Shown here: positions 33,920 through 46,724 of the stretch, piece after piece | Layout: each line of letters starts with the position of its first letter | How positions within the stretch are numbered: the first letter of the stretch is position 1 | Assembly (NCBI RefSeq): GCF_006345805.1 | Contig: NC_043025.1 | Location: 10,974,001-11,038,000 of the forward strand | DNA from: Octopus sinensis | Taxonomy: Eukaryota | DNA: 64,000 nucleotides | Direction of reading: 5' to 3' | Position numbers and translations under genes: made by a program | Notes under the pieces: model-generated | What the model was told of the DNA's origin: nothing | Database searches by the model: none | Seen by the model: the letters and a program-made list of their open reading frames with translations, nothing else

Positions 33920-34354
33920 ATACTCATTTACTTGTTTCAGTCATTTGACTGCGGCCATGCTGGAGCACCGCCTTTTTAGTCGAGCAAATCGACCCCAGGA
34001 CTTATTCTTTTGCAAGCCCAGTACTTATTCTATCGGTCTCTTTTGCCGAACCGCTAAGTAACGGGGACGTAAACACACCACCATCGGTTGTCAAGCAATG
34101 CTAGGGGGACAAACACAGACACACAAACACACACACATACATATATATATATGTATTATGTATATATATACATATATATGCATGTATATATGTATGTGTG
34201 TATGTATGTGTGTGTGTATGTATGTATGTATGTTTGTATTTAAGCCGGTCCAGATGCTTACACTGGTTTTGATAAACTACACTCTTCGTATCTATTGAGC
34301 ACAGCACTGGATCGTTCTATAACAACGATATGTATGTGTGTATACACACACACG

Positions 34355-34430
<76 letters not shown>

Positions 34431-34448
34431 CGCAGGAGTGGCTGTGTG
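33920..34448. mobile_element. SINE-A 3' half (minus) and head remnant (plus) amid microsatellites
   Basis: Family A motifs. Confidence 0.7.
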
Positions 34449-34449
34449 A

Positions 34450-34806
34450 TGACCCTAGTATCGATCTATCGCATTTCAATATGTTTTAGGGTTAGGGTTA
34501 GTTAGGGTTAGGGTATCTTTTTTTTCTTCACAAATGTAAATAAATCCAATCTGTTTCTGAAACGAGGGACATATTCATACGGCACAGAATGTTTTTTTTA
34601 CCTCAATGGACGTCATTGATTGGTTGAAATTGCAGAAATTGAAGAAAAAAACAACAACAAATATTTTACAAACTATAGAATTTTCTCAATAAAGCCAAGA
34701 GAAAAAGATGTTTTATAACACATTCTACCAGAATACGAAGTTTAAAAGTGTTTAGTTACCTAGAAATTATGTTAAAAAAACTGCCGGTCAAACGGAAAAG
34801 ATCCTG
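34450..34806 (-). mobile_element. Helentron-associated (HINE-like) element carrying TTAGGG motifs
   Basis: Inverted homologue of 57453-58115. Confidence 0.55.
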
Positions 34807-35049
34807 TATCTATGCGTGTGTGTGTGTGTGTGTGTGTGTGTATGTATGAAGGAAGGTGGGGGGGCAGAAAGAAGGGGCAACCATGATGACCCTGCAAGTG
34901 AGAGGATCCGAACGTCCCAGCAACTAAACCAGTAGAAGAGAAAGACACAGAGAAGTGATAAAAAGGTCAACCAAGAGAAAGCTGTCAGAGGTTAGAGGTG
35001 AGATGTCAAGAGGTCAGAACGTGAGAAGATGACATCACTTTTCTGCGGC

Positions 35050-35460
35050 GACAAAAAACATCCTGGCTTTATTGTGTGTGTATGTGTGTGTGTTACATAT
35101 AGTTGTGTGTATGTGCGTGTATGTATATGTAAGAGTGAGTTCATATGCACGTGTGTATGGTGTATGCCTATGTATACGTATTTGCATGTAGGTATGTGTG
35201 TGTGTATGTATGTGTGTGTGTGTGTATGTATGTGTGTGTGTGTATGTATGTATGTGTGTGTGTGTGTATGTATGTGTGTATGTATGTGTGTGTATTTATG
35301 TATGTATATATGTGTGTGTATGTATGTATGTGTGTGTGTATGTATGTGTGTATGTATGTATGTATGTTTGTGTGTATGTATGTGTGTGTATGTATGTGTG
35401 TGTGTATGTGTGTGTATGTATGTATGTGTATGTATGTATGTGTGTGTATGTGTTTACATC
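35050..35460. repeat. (GT)/(GTAT)n microsatellite
   Basis: Directly visible. Confidence 0.95.
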
Positions 35461-35521
35461 CGTGAGTGAATGAAAGATGATTGGTCGTTTAGCCCAAGGT
35501 CAATCCTGATCCACCAAACTT

Positions 35522-35730
35522 CGGGGCTAAACACAGAGGGGACAAACAAGGACAGACAAACGGATTAAGTTGATTACATCGACCCCAGTGCGTAACTGGT
35601 ACTTAATTTATCGACCCTGAAAGGATGAAAGGTAAAGTCGACCTCGGCGGAATTTGAACTCAGAACGTAACGGCAGATGAAATACGATTACGCATTTCGC
35701 CCGGCGTGCTAACGTTTCTGCCAGCTCGCC
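35522..35730 (-). mobile_element. SINE family B
   Basis: Complete monomer. Confidence 0.85.
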
Positions 35731-35834
35731 CCCGAAAGTATGAAAGACGAAATCGACCTCGTCGTAATTCGAACCCAGAACGTTAAGACAAATGACACGA
35801 CATGCCGCCAAACACTTTGTCCGGTGTGCTAATG

Positions 35835-36299
35835 AAGGGGAGGAAGAAAGGGGAGAGAAGAGCAGAGGGAGAGAGAAGGAGATAGAGAGAGAGGAAAAGG
35901 GATAGGTAGCAGAGGGAGAGAGAAGGAGATAGATAGAGAGAGAGAGAGAGGAAAAAGGGAAAGATAGAGGAAGTGTCAGAGAGTGCAAGAGTGAAAGAGA
36001 GGGTGACAGAGCGACAAAGTGAAAGCTAGAGAGTGTAAGAGAGAATAAGGAGGAGATAGGGAGAATGGGAAAGCGAGAGAAGGGGAGAGAGAGAGAGAGT
36101 ATTTCTTTATTCACCATAAGGTTGAGAAAAAGAGGGGACAAAACAAACGTTGGGGTCAGGGTATCGAATGAGACGAAACATACGAATAAACAAACAATTA
36201 AAATATTAGAGAGAGAGAGAGAGAGAGAGAGAGCGGGTAAGAGCTATAGAGAAAGAGAGTCAGAGAGAGAGAGAGCGGGTAAGAGCTATAGAGAGAGAG

Positions 36300-36345
<46 letters not shown>
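35835..36345. repeat. (GA)n purine-rich microsatellite tract
   Basis: Directly visible. Confidence 0.92.
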
Positions 36346-36348
<3 letters not shown>

Positions 36349-36379
36349 TAAGCGGCGGGAAAAGACTCTCATTCAGTGT

Positions 36380-36612
36380 TGACTCTAGTAAATTACAGAG
36401 TCGGAAGCGATCCCCAGCGGCTGGAGTAAGGATCCGAGAGCCGCCACGTGAATCCAAAGACACGGTTTTCGGTTGCGACGATGGCCTGTTTATATTCAAA
36501 CGTACAATTTATACAACAAAACAGATGTGTCGTCGCTGTTGGCGAACCGAAATGAAGTGAAACCAGCGTGTCGCGGGATAGGAACCAGCTCGCAGTTCTC
36601 CCACACGTAAGT
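36380..36612 (+). promoter_or_regulatory. CpG-rich unique island, candidate promoter/first exon with a GTAAGT donor
   Basis: CGGAAG at 36402, CACGTG at 36445, donor ACAC|GTAAGT at 36607. Confidence 0.35.
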
Positions 36613-36840
36613 TATTGTTCATCCTTTCGGAGGGGGGGGTCGATAAATTAAGTACCAGTTACGCACTGGGGTCGATATCTGTCCTTGTTTGTCCCCTCTT
36701 GTGTTTAGCCCCTTGTGGGTAGTAAAGAACGTCTCCTTTAGCCCCAGGTCAAGCTTGAAACAACAAAACATGCAGCACGATGATTAAAGATATTCCAGCC
36801 GTGATCATCCCGTTTATTGTTTTGTTTTTTTGTAAAGAAT

Positions 36841-37205
36841 AGGCGCAGGAGTGGCTGTGTGGTAAGTAGCTTGCTAACCAACCACATGGTTCCGGGTTCA
36901 GTCCCACTGCATGGCACCTTGGGCAAGTGTCTTCTGCTATAGCCCCGGGCTGACCAATGCCTTGTGAGTGGATTTGGTAGACGGAAACTGAAAGAAGCCC
37001 GTCGTATATATGTATGTGTTTGTGTGTGTGTGTTCGTTTGTCCTCCTAGCATTGCTTGACAACCGATGCTGGTGTGTTTACGTCGGCAAAAGAGACCGAT
37101 AGAATAAGAACTGGGCTTACAAAGAATAAGTCCTGGGGTCGATTTGCTCGACTAAAGGTGGTGCTCCAGCATGGCCGCAGTCTAATGACTGAAACAAGTA
37201 AAAAA
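36841..37205 (+). mobile_element. SINE family A
   Basis: Full copy with a small internal deletion. Confidence 0.87.
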
Positions 37206-37817
37206 AAAAAAATCTCGGTTGGAACTGCAATTTGAGGGAGATTTGACTGCTATTTCTAGCTTTTCGGGTGACCACGCAGTGGTTCTTTCGGATTTGTGTT
37301 TATACGTACAATGTGGAAATGTTATCGTTGTTGTTATTATTTAGCCCCAGGATAGTGCTGATCAAGCAGATTAATGATCAAAGCCGGGTCAGTCCTGATC
37401 AAATAGACCTATGATCAAATGCGCTCCATCCGTGGCCATCCTGTCTTTTATTCAAATATTGTGTCTACAGTATGAAACGTGTCTTCCGTCGCTGCTTAAG
37501 GAAAGACTTCCGCCCGTCCTAGATACACTATGCCTGAATAAAAGACAGCATGGTCACGGCTGGAACATCTTCGATCATAGGTCTGTTGGATCAGGACTGA
37601 CCTGGGGCTAAACAGCAACAACAAACAACATGTAATATTATCCTAGATACTAGATATATTTGAATAAAACGCAGGGTGGTCACGGCTGGAACGCCTTTGA
37701 TCACAAGGCTGTTGGATCAGAACTGACTTGGGGGTTAAACAGGGTAAGACTTCCGGCCGTCAAAAATACGGAGATTATGATTCGGACAAAAATTTCAAAA
37801 CACTTCTGTACTTACGG

Positions 37818-38103
37818 TTTTAGGGTTAGGGTTATGGTAAGGGTTTTAGGGTTTGTGTTTTAGAGTTAGGGTTTTAGGATTGGGGTTTTAGGGTTTGCGT
37901 TTTAGGGTTAGGGTTTTAGGGTTAGGGTTTTAGGGTTTGGGTTTTAGGGTTAGGGCTTTAGGGTTAGGGTTAGGGCTTTAGGGTTAGGGTTTTAGGGTTA
38001 GGATTAGGGTTTTAGAGTTATGGGTAGGCTTTTAGGGTTAGGGCTTTAGAATTAGGGTTAGGGTTTTAGGGTTAGGGTTTTAAGGTTAGGGCTTTAGGGT
38101 TAG
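37818..38103 (+). repeat. Interstitial telomere-like array, TTAGGG alternating with (T/C)TTTAGGG
   Basis: Directly visible. Confidence 0.92.
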
Positions 38104-38374
38104 TGTTCTGCTTTAAGTACTCCATGATCTAAGTTATTCAAACCATAATCATCCTGTCGTTGTATTCAGGCATAGTGTATCTAAGACTACATTATCAAAT
38201 GTTTTACCTTTTTTTATTATTATTATAATTATTATTATTATTCAAGTCACTGCCTGGAATGGAACTCGGAATCTTGAGGTTAGTCACACTCATACACATG
38301 TATATATATATCATCATCATCATCATCGTTTAGCGTCCGTTTTCCATGCTAGCATATATATATATATATATATA

Positions 38375-39150
38375 TTAGGTTGTCCGGAAAGTTCGTGCCG
38401 ATTTTTAAAGGAAAGAAAAAGGTCAATAAATACTTGCCATTACATTTTTAATCAACCAAATATGAACCATTTTGTTGCACAATGCGTCTCCATCTTTCCT
38501 TTAACTTGAAAAATATCCTCTTCCCAGAATTGAGGTGGTTTCATGGCAAAGAATTCATCAAGGTATCTTTTTACGTCATCCAAGGAATTGAAATTTTTAC
38601 CATTAAGACTATTCTGCAGAGACCTGAATAAGTGGAAATCCGAAGGAGCAATATCTGGTGAATATGGAGGGTGGGGTAACACATCCCAGCCGAGCTGCAG
38701 CAATTTCTGTCTGGTTCCCAAAGCATCAAGTGCCAAAAATGAACTTTCTTATCTTCCATTTTAAAGGGTTACAGAATTAACACAGGTTATAGGAACATAA
38801 ACCTTCTTCCACAAAAAGATAGCTTAAACTGTGCTTTAAATGGAGATGTAGTCAAATCCTATTTTATGGATTCAACCATGTTCTAAAACAGTGCTTTTCA
38901 ACCTTTTTGCTGGAGCGGAACCCCAAGGAAACATTCCACTGGCTCGAGGAACCCCTGAGCAATAATTTAATAGTCTTATGAACACATATCTGCACAGGAA
39001 AATTAAAAATTACTGCTGATTTTAGCAGTTTTGTAACTTCTTGCGGACCCCCTGGACTGTACTGGCGGAACTCTGGTTGAAAACCACTGGTCTAAAATAA
39101 GTCGAAAGGTAAGCTGCTATAAATCGGCATGGACTTTCCGGACAACCCAA
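38375..39150 (-). mobile_element. Internally deleted mariner (DD34D) element with both TIRs and TA flanks
   Basis: TIRs TTAGGTTGTCCGGAAAGTTCGTGCCGATTT / AAATCGGCATGGACTTTCCGGACAACCCAA; LGWDVLPHPPYSPDIAPSDFHLFRSL. Confidence 0.9.
38889..39089. mobile_element. hAT (Charlie-like) MITE nested in the mariner
   Basis: TIRs CAGTGCTTTTCAACC / GGTTGAAAACCACTG; 8-bp TSD TTCTAAAA / GTCTAAAA. Confidence 0.82.
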
Positions 39151-39174
39151 TACATGTAGGAATGTACATTTATG

Positions 39175-39342
39175 TGTGGAGTGGCTGTGTGGTAAGTAGC
39201 TTGCTAACCAACCACATGGTTCCAGGTTCAGTCCCACTGCGTAGCATCTTGGGCAAGTGTCTTCTACTATGGCCCCGACCCGACCAATGCCTTGTGAGTG
39301 AATTTGGTAGAAGGAAACTGAAAGAAGCCTGTCGTATATATG

Positions 39343-39377
<35 letters not shown>

Positions 39378-39583
39378 GTGTTTGTGTGTCTGTGTTTGTC
39401 CCCCTAGCATTGCTTGACAACCGATGCTGGTGTGTTTACGTCCCCGTAACTTAGAGGTTCGGCAAAAGAGACCAATAGAATAAGTATTGGGCTTACAAAG
39501 AATAAGTCCCGGGGTCGATTTGCTCGACTAAAGGCGGTGCTCCAGCATGGCCACAGTCAACTGACTGAAACAAGTAAAAGAGT
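39175..39583 (+). mobile_element. SINE family A
   Basis: Full copy. Confidence 0.87.
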
Positions 39584-39897
39584 ATATATGTGCATGTATG
39601 TGTGTGTATAGTGGAGGCATGTGGTTAAGTGGTTAGAAGAGTTGCACTCATGATCCTAAGATTGGGGTTTCAAATCCCGCACCAGTTGATGAATTGTGTT
39701 CTTGAGCAAAACACTTCATTCCACATTGTAGCAGTTTACTCTGCTGGCAAAAGAAGAGTTCTCCTGCAACGGGCGAACATCCCTCCCATTCAGAGGTGGT
39801 GGGCGGGAGAAATATATATATACACCATAGAATCCAGAATACCAGCCTTTGAACCCTATTGGTCGGGGAGGACCCTTGATCCTTTGATGTGTATATG

Positions 39898-40640
39898 TCA
39901 TCATCATCATCATTTAACATTTGCTTTCCATGCTGGCATGGGTTGGACAGTTTGACATGAGCTGGCAAGGCCCGGACCCACGCCAGGTGCCATAGTCTGT
40001 CGTAGCATGGTCTTTATGGCGAGATGCCCTTCCTGGCACCAACCACTCTGCAGAGTGTACTGGGTGCTTTTCATGCGGCACCGGCACCAGTACTTCTTAT
40101 GTGGCACCAGTACTTCTTATATGGCGCCATTGGCAATGCTTTTTTTACGTGGCACCGCCATCATCGGTCCCTTTCTCCATACTGACATGGGTTGGACAGT
40201 TTGGTTGGAACTAGCAAGCCAGAGGACGGCGCCAAGCTCCACTGGCAGTTTTAGCAGGGTTTCTATAGCTTGATGCCCTTCCTAATGCCAACCACTTTAG
40301 AGTGTACTGGGTGCTTTTTACTTGGCCCCAGAACCAGTATATATCATCACGATCATAATTTAATGTCTCCTTTTCCATGATGGCATGGGTTTTTCCATGA
40401 TGGAATGATGGCACCAGTACTTCTTACGTGGCACCGCCATCATCAGACCCCTTCTCCATACTGACATGGGTTGGACAGTTTGGTTGGAACTAGCAAACCA
40501 GAGAACTGTGCCAAGCTTGCCAAGTTCTAACGTCAAGTTTTGCAGGGTTTCTATAGCTGGATGCCCTTCCTAATGCCAATCACCTTAGAGTGTACTGGGT
40601 GCTTTTTACTTGGCCCCAGAACCAGTATAGATCATCACAA
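39898..40640 (-). mobile_element. Cluster of RTE-tail-family copies including a ~300-bp local duplication
   Basis: GTGGCACCGCCATCATC...GACATGGGTTGGACAGTTTGGTTGGAACTAGC occurs twice. Confidence 0.65.
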
Positions 40641-40922
40641 TCCCCTCTCTCTTTTGGAGAGGCGCTGAGCACCCACATGCACACATACGCACACGGCAGT
40701 AACTCCCGCCTACCGAATTCAATGACAAAGCTTCGGTCAGCTCGGGGCTATAGTAGAAGACACCTGCCCAATGTGCCACACAGTGGGACTGAACCCGAAA
40801 CCATGTAGTTAGAAAGCAAGCTCCCTAACCACACAGCCATGCCCGCATCATTTAATATTCTCTTTTTCCATGATGGCATGGGTTAGAAGGTTTGATAAAA
40901 GCCAGCAAGCTGAAGGATGGCC

Positions 40923-42320
40923 TTCATCATCATCATCATCGTTTAACGTCCGTTTCCATGCTAGCATGGGTTGGACGGCTCAACTGGGGTCTGGGAAGCC
41001 CGAAAGCTGCACCAGGCCAGTCAGATCTGGCAGTGTTTCTACAGCTGGATGCCCTTCCTAACGCCAACCACTCTGTGAGTGTAGCGGGTGATTTTATGTG
41101 CCACCGACACAGGTGCCAGACGAGGCTGGCGAATGGCCACGATTGGATGGTGTTTTTTATGTGCCACCGACACAGGTGCCAGACGAGGCTGGCGAACGGC
41201 CACGATCGAATGGTGTTTTTTATGTGTCCACCGACACAGGTGCCAGACGAGGCTGGCCGAACGGCCACGATCGGATGTGTTTTTTATGTGCCACCGACAC
41301 AGGTGCCAGACGAGGCTGGCAGAACGGCCACGTCGGATGGTTTTTTATGGTGCCACCGACACAGGTGCCAGACGAGGCTGGCGAACGGCCACACTCGGAT
41401 GGTGTTTTTTATGTTGCCACCGACACAGGTGCCAGACGAGGCTGGCGAACGGCACGATCGGATGGTTTTTTTATGTGCCACCGACACAGGAGCTAGACGA
41501 GCTGGCAGCGGGCCACGCTCGGATGGTTGTTTTATGTGCCACCGACACAGGTGCCAGACGAGCTGGCAGACGGCCACGCTCGGATGGTTTTTTTATGTGC
41601 CACCGACACAAGGGTGCCAGACGAGGCTGGCGAACGGCCACGATCGGATGGTGTTTTTTATGTGCCACCGACACAGGTGCCAGACGAGGCTGGCGAATGG
41701 CCACGATTGGATGGTGTTTTTTAGGTGCCACCGACACAGGAGCTAGACGAGGCTGGCAGACGGCCACGCTCGGATGGTTTTTTTTATGTGCCACCGACAC
41801 AGGTTGCCAGACGAGGCTGGCGAACGGCCACGATCGGATGGTGTTTTTTATGTGCCACCGACACAGGTGCCAGACGAGGCTGGCGAATGGCCACGATTGG
41901 ATGGTGTTTTTATGGCCACCGACACACAGGAGCTAGACGAGGCTGGCAGCGGCCACGCTCGGATGGTTTTTTTGTATGCCACCGACACAGGTGCCAGACG
42001 AGGCTGGCAGACGGCCACGCTCGGATGGGTTTTTTTTTTATGTGCCACCGCACAGGTGCCAGACGAGGCTGGCAGACGGCCACGCTCGGATGGGTTTTTT
42101 GTATGTGCCACCGACAAGGTGCCAGACGAGGATGGCAGACGGCCACGCTCGGATGGTTTTTTTTATGTGCCACCGACACAGGTGCCAGACGAGGCTGGCG
42201 AACGGCCACGATCGGATGGTGTACTCCAGTATTTTCTTAGATCTGGTTTTCACTGTTGGATGTGCTTCCTGATGCCAGCCCTTTTACAGAGTGTACTGGG
42301 TGCTTTTATATTATCCTACA
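40923..42320 (-). repeat. RTE-tail element whose internal ~63-bp repeat is expanded to about 18 copies (about 41090-42225)
   Basis: CCACCGAC(A) recurs every 61-66 bp from 41101 to 42170. Confidence 0.92.
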
Positions 42321-42609
42321 GCCAGCACTGAGGAGGTCCCCAAGTGCAAAATTTCCCAACTGACTGAGATATGGGATTAAGGGATATGTAAGTATAGCAG
42401 AGAGAGACAGGAACAGGGGTCTTGTTGAAAAACTGAACACATGACTTCCTGGGCAGGCAAGAGGAGAAAGAGAGAGAGAGAGAGAGAGGTGTGAGGTCAA
42501 GGTACAAGGTGAATATCAGTGTGTGTGTATGTGTGTACTGGGAAGTGTTGAGAGGGTTAGCGAAAAAAGGGTTGCAACATTCATGACACCCAGGATTGGG
42601 ATGTTAGTG

Positions 42610-43129
42610 TTCATGTGTTTATCAATTTACACACACACACATATATGTATGTATGTATATATGTAGTGTGAATGTGTGTGTTGCATAGAAATATATATAT
42701 ACATATATATATATAATATATATATATATACATATATATATGTATGTATATATATATATACATATATATATGTATGTTATATATATATATATACATATAT
42801 ATATGTATATATATATATAATATATACATACATATTATAGAGGTATGTTATATATATATATATACCATAAATATGTATGTATAATATACATATATATACA
42901 TATATATATGTATGTATATAAACATATATATACATATATATTGTATGTATATATACTATATATACATATATATATGTATGTATATATACATATATATACA
43001 ATATATATGTAGGTATGAGATATATATAATATATATATAACAATATATATATGTATGTATATATTTAGATATATATATACATAGAATATGTATGTATATA
43101 TATATATTTATACACATATATAGGATGTA

Positions 43130-43160
<31 letters not shown>

Positions 43161-43456
43161 GTATGTATATATATATTATACAATATATATATGTATGTAT
43201 ATATATATATATACATATATACTTTAGGTTATGTATATATATATTAATATACTTATATATGTATGTATATCATATAAATATATAATATATATAGGTATTT
43301 GTAATCGATTATATACATATATATACTATATAATGTATGTATATATATACTATATATATACAATCTATAGGATGTATATATATATATATATATAATATAT
43401 ATATGTAGTATAATATATATATATACATATATCGGTTGTATATATTATAACATATC

Positions 43457-43502
<46 letters not shown>

Positions 43503-43545
43503 ATATATAAGATTATATCATATATATATGATATGTATATATATC

Positions 43546-43592
<47 letters not shown>

Positions 43593-43632
43593 CATATTAT
43601 ATATAATAATATATATATATATATATATATAG

Positions 43633-43669
<37 letters not shown>

Positions 43670-43670
43670 C

Positions 43671-43700
<30 letters not shown>
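42610..43700. repeat. (TA)n/(TATG)n degenerate microsatellite
   Basis: Directly visible. Confidence 0.96.
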
Positions 43701-43701
<1 letters not shown>

Positions 43702-44484
43702 GGCCTGCTCGCTTAGCCAGCGGGTGGCGTCATTCGAAGGCTAAAACAATGCGAACACATTGTGACCAGCGATGTGTAACAACATCTGATGGTCTGGTCG
43801 GTCACATGATCACGTGATATATATATATATATAAAATTTTATTACAAGTTTGGGATTTTACCAATAGAACCGCTACTCCTATTTCAGGATAAGCTTATTA
43901 TATGGAATACACATAGAAAGTTATATCCAATAAAATAATATAAGCATTTAAAAAACCTACTATAAAATACAATAAAATTATTTGAAAAATCTTTATAACT
44001 TACCTGTTATTAGTCTGTGGGGAAAGAAGGTATTTTTAATCAACGCTATACGTGTTTCTGCACTGGTGGGGAGTTTATAAAGGTTATACCTAATACGTAA
44101 ATCCAGCAGTGCCTCTTCAGGCTATTTATCTTATTGTTATTATTATTAACGGATCAAAGGTAAAAATACATATTATAAGTCATATCAAATCGAAAAATAA
44201 GAATATGAAAACAAATATAATAAAAATATATAAATTACAAATATTTTTTTTTTAAATTAAAAAAAATAAAAATTAAAAGAATATATATATATATATATAT
44301 ATATACTACACTCTCGGAGTGGTTGGCATTAGGAAGGGCATCCAGCTGTAGAAACTCTGCCAGATCAAGATTGAAGCCTGGTGCAGCCATCCAGCTCGCC
44401 AGCCCTCAGTCAAAATCGTCCAACCCATGCTAGCATGGAAAGTGGACGTTAAACGATGATGATGATGATGATATATATTCATTT

Positions 44485-45210
44485 TTTATTATTTTATTTG
44501 TTTCAGTCATTTGACTGCAGCCATGCTGGAGCACTACCTTTAGTTGAACAAATCGCCCCCCCCCAGGACTTATTCTTTGCAAGCCTAGTACTTATTCTAT
44601 CGGTCTCTTTTGCCAAACTGCTAAGTTACAGGGACATAAACACACTAACATCGGTTGTCAAGCCATGGTGATGGGACAAACACAGACGCACAGACATGTA
44701 CATGTATGTATATATATATATAATTTGGTTTGTCAGATCTCCTTTAAACAGTCGCTTGTAATGGTATGTTTAGGGATATATGTATTTATAAATTTTTTTC
44801 TGTGCAGGAGTGGCTGTGTGGTAAGTAGCTTGCTTATCAACCACATGGGTCCAGGTTCAGTCCCCTTGCGTGGCATCTTGGGCAAGTGTCTTCTGCTATA
44901 GCCACGGGCTGACCAATGCCTTGTGAGTGGATTTGGTAGACAGAAACTGAAAGAAGCCTGTCGTATATATGTATATATATATGTGTGTGCGTGTATGCTT
45001 GTGTGTCTGTGTTTGTCCCCCTAGCATTGCTTGACAACCGATGCTGGTGTGTTTACGTCCCCGTCACTTAGCAGTTCGGCAAAAGAGACCGATAGAATAA
45101 GTACTGGGCTTACAAAAAAGAATAAGTCCTGGGGTCGATTTGCTCGACTAAAGGCGGTGCTCCAGCATGGCCGCAGTCAAATGACTGAAACAAGTAAAAG
45201 AGTAAGAGAG
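44485..45210. mobile_element. Inverted SINE-A pair (minus 3' half 44485-44700; plus full copy 44803-45210)
   Basis: Family A motifs on opposite strands. Confidence 0.85.
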
Positions 45211-45390
45211 AGAGATTAAGAGAGTGGATCTGAGTTTTGATTAGTTAAAACATTGATGACGTTTGGTTTTTCTTCAGTGGTCAAGTATTTCGTGCTGCTT
45301 GGCTGGTTTCCTGGCAGATAACAGTTATAGGTCGTTCCGGTTGGTTGGTTCTCTTAAGGGGTCTTTTCCTGGTACTCACTGAAGTTCGGT

Positions 45391-45525
45391 TTTGATTGGT
45401 TTAGAATGATGTGACGTCAGCATCTGGTTTTTGTAGAATTTCATTGGACTGGAGGTGGGTGACGTCAGCATCTTGTGTTTGTGTGGTGATTTGGAGATGC
45501 GGTTTCAAAACCCAGGCGGAAGATT
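45391..45525. promoter_or_regulatory. Candidate promoter/enhancer: two ATTGG-N12-TGACGTCA modules plus CGGAAG
   Basis: ATTGG 45395/45443, TGACGTCA 45412/45460, ETS-like CGGAAG 45517. Confidence 0.5.
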
Positions 45526-45669
45526 GTTACTAAAATTTAATTGTTTTTTTTGGTATTGAAATTGGGTGATTTTTTTCTTTTTTTCTTTATACTGCTTTTT
45601 CTCCTTTCTAGAGGATATTTAGCTATGGTTTATATTTTTAAATCAGTATATTTTCCTTATTTAAACGAA

Positions 45670-46239
45670 ATTGGGTATATATATATATCTATACATATAT
45701 ATATACACACACATATATATATATATATTTATACATATACATATATATTTATACATATACATATACAAATATACATATACATATATATATATATTTATAC
45801 ATATACATATATATATATTTATACATATATATATATACATATATATACATATACATATATATATACATATACATATATATATACATATACATATATATAT
45901 ATACATATATATATACATATTCATATATATTATTCATATACATATAATATATACATATAGATAACATATACATATATATATATACATATATATATACATA
46001 TACAATATATATATAACATATACATATATTTATATATATATACATAGATATATATACATAATATATATATATACAATACATTATATATATACATATACAT
46101 ATTGTTATATGGTATATACATATACATATATATATACATTATACATATATATATACATATACATATATATATACATATATACTATATATACATATACATA
46201 TTATATACATATATATATATACATATACATATATATATA

Positions 46240-46274
<35 letters not shown>

Positions 46275-46360
46275 CAGATATATATATACATATACACATA
46301 TATATATATATATATATATACACAATATATATATATATATATACACATATATATATAAAC
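45670..46360. repeat. (TATACA)n/(TA)n microsatellite
   Basis: Directly visible. Confidence 0.96.
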
Positions 46361-46724
46361 CACTTCCTCTCACTCCTTGCCCACTTCCCCTCCCGCTCCA
46401 TGCATATCATCACACACCCACTTTGCTCACAGTTTCATCTCTCCCCTCCACCCTTTCCTCCAGCTTTCAATCTCTTCTTTTTCTTTTCCTACTCTCTCTC
46501 TCTTTGACTCCCTCTCGTTTCACGTTCACCTCTCCTCCACCTATCACTCCTCTTCACTTAGCTTCTTTTTCTCTTTCGTTTTTTCTTCTCCCCCCCTTCT
46601 CCCTCCCTCCCTCTCTTTCTTTCCTTTTCTTTTACTCTTTCTGAAAGTCTACACTGTCTTCTACACAGCTCTCAACACCGCCCCACTATTGCTATGATAA
46701 AAAAAAAAAATCTCCATCGCCAAT

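Noticed and set aside
37818-38103. True chromosome end or fusion site
   Set aside because: The array is short, degenerate, single-orientation and embedded in ordinary repeats on both sides.
41090-42225. CRISPR-like regular array
   Set aside because: The units are near-identical throughout, with no unique spacers and no cas genes; the context is a eukaryotic retroelement.
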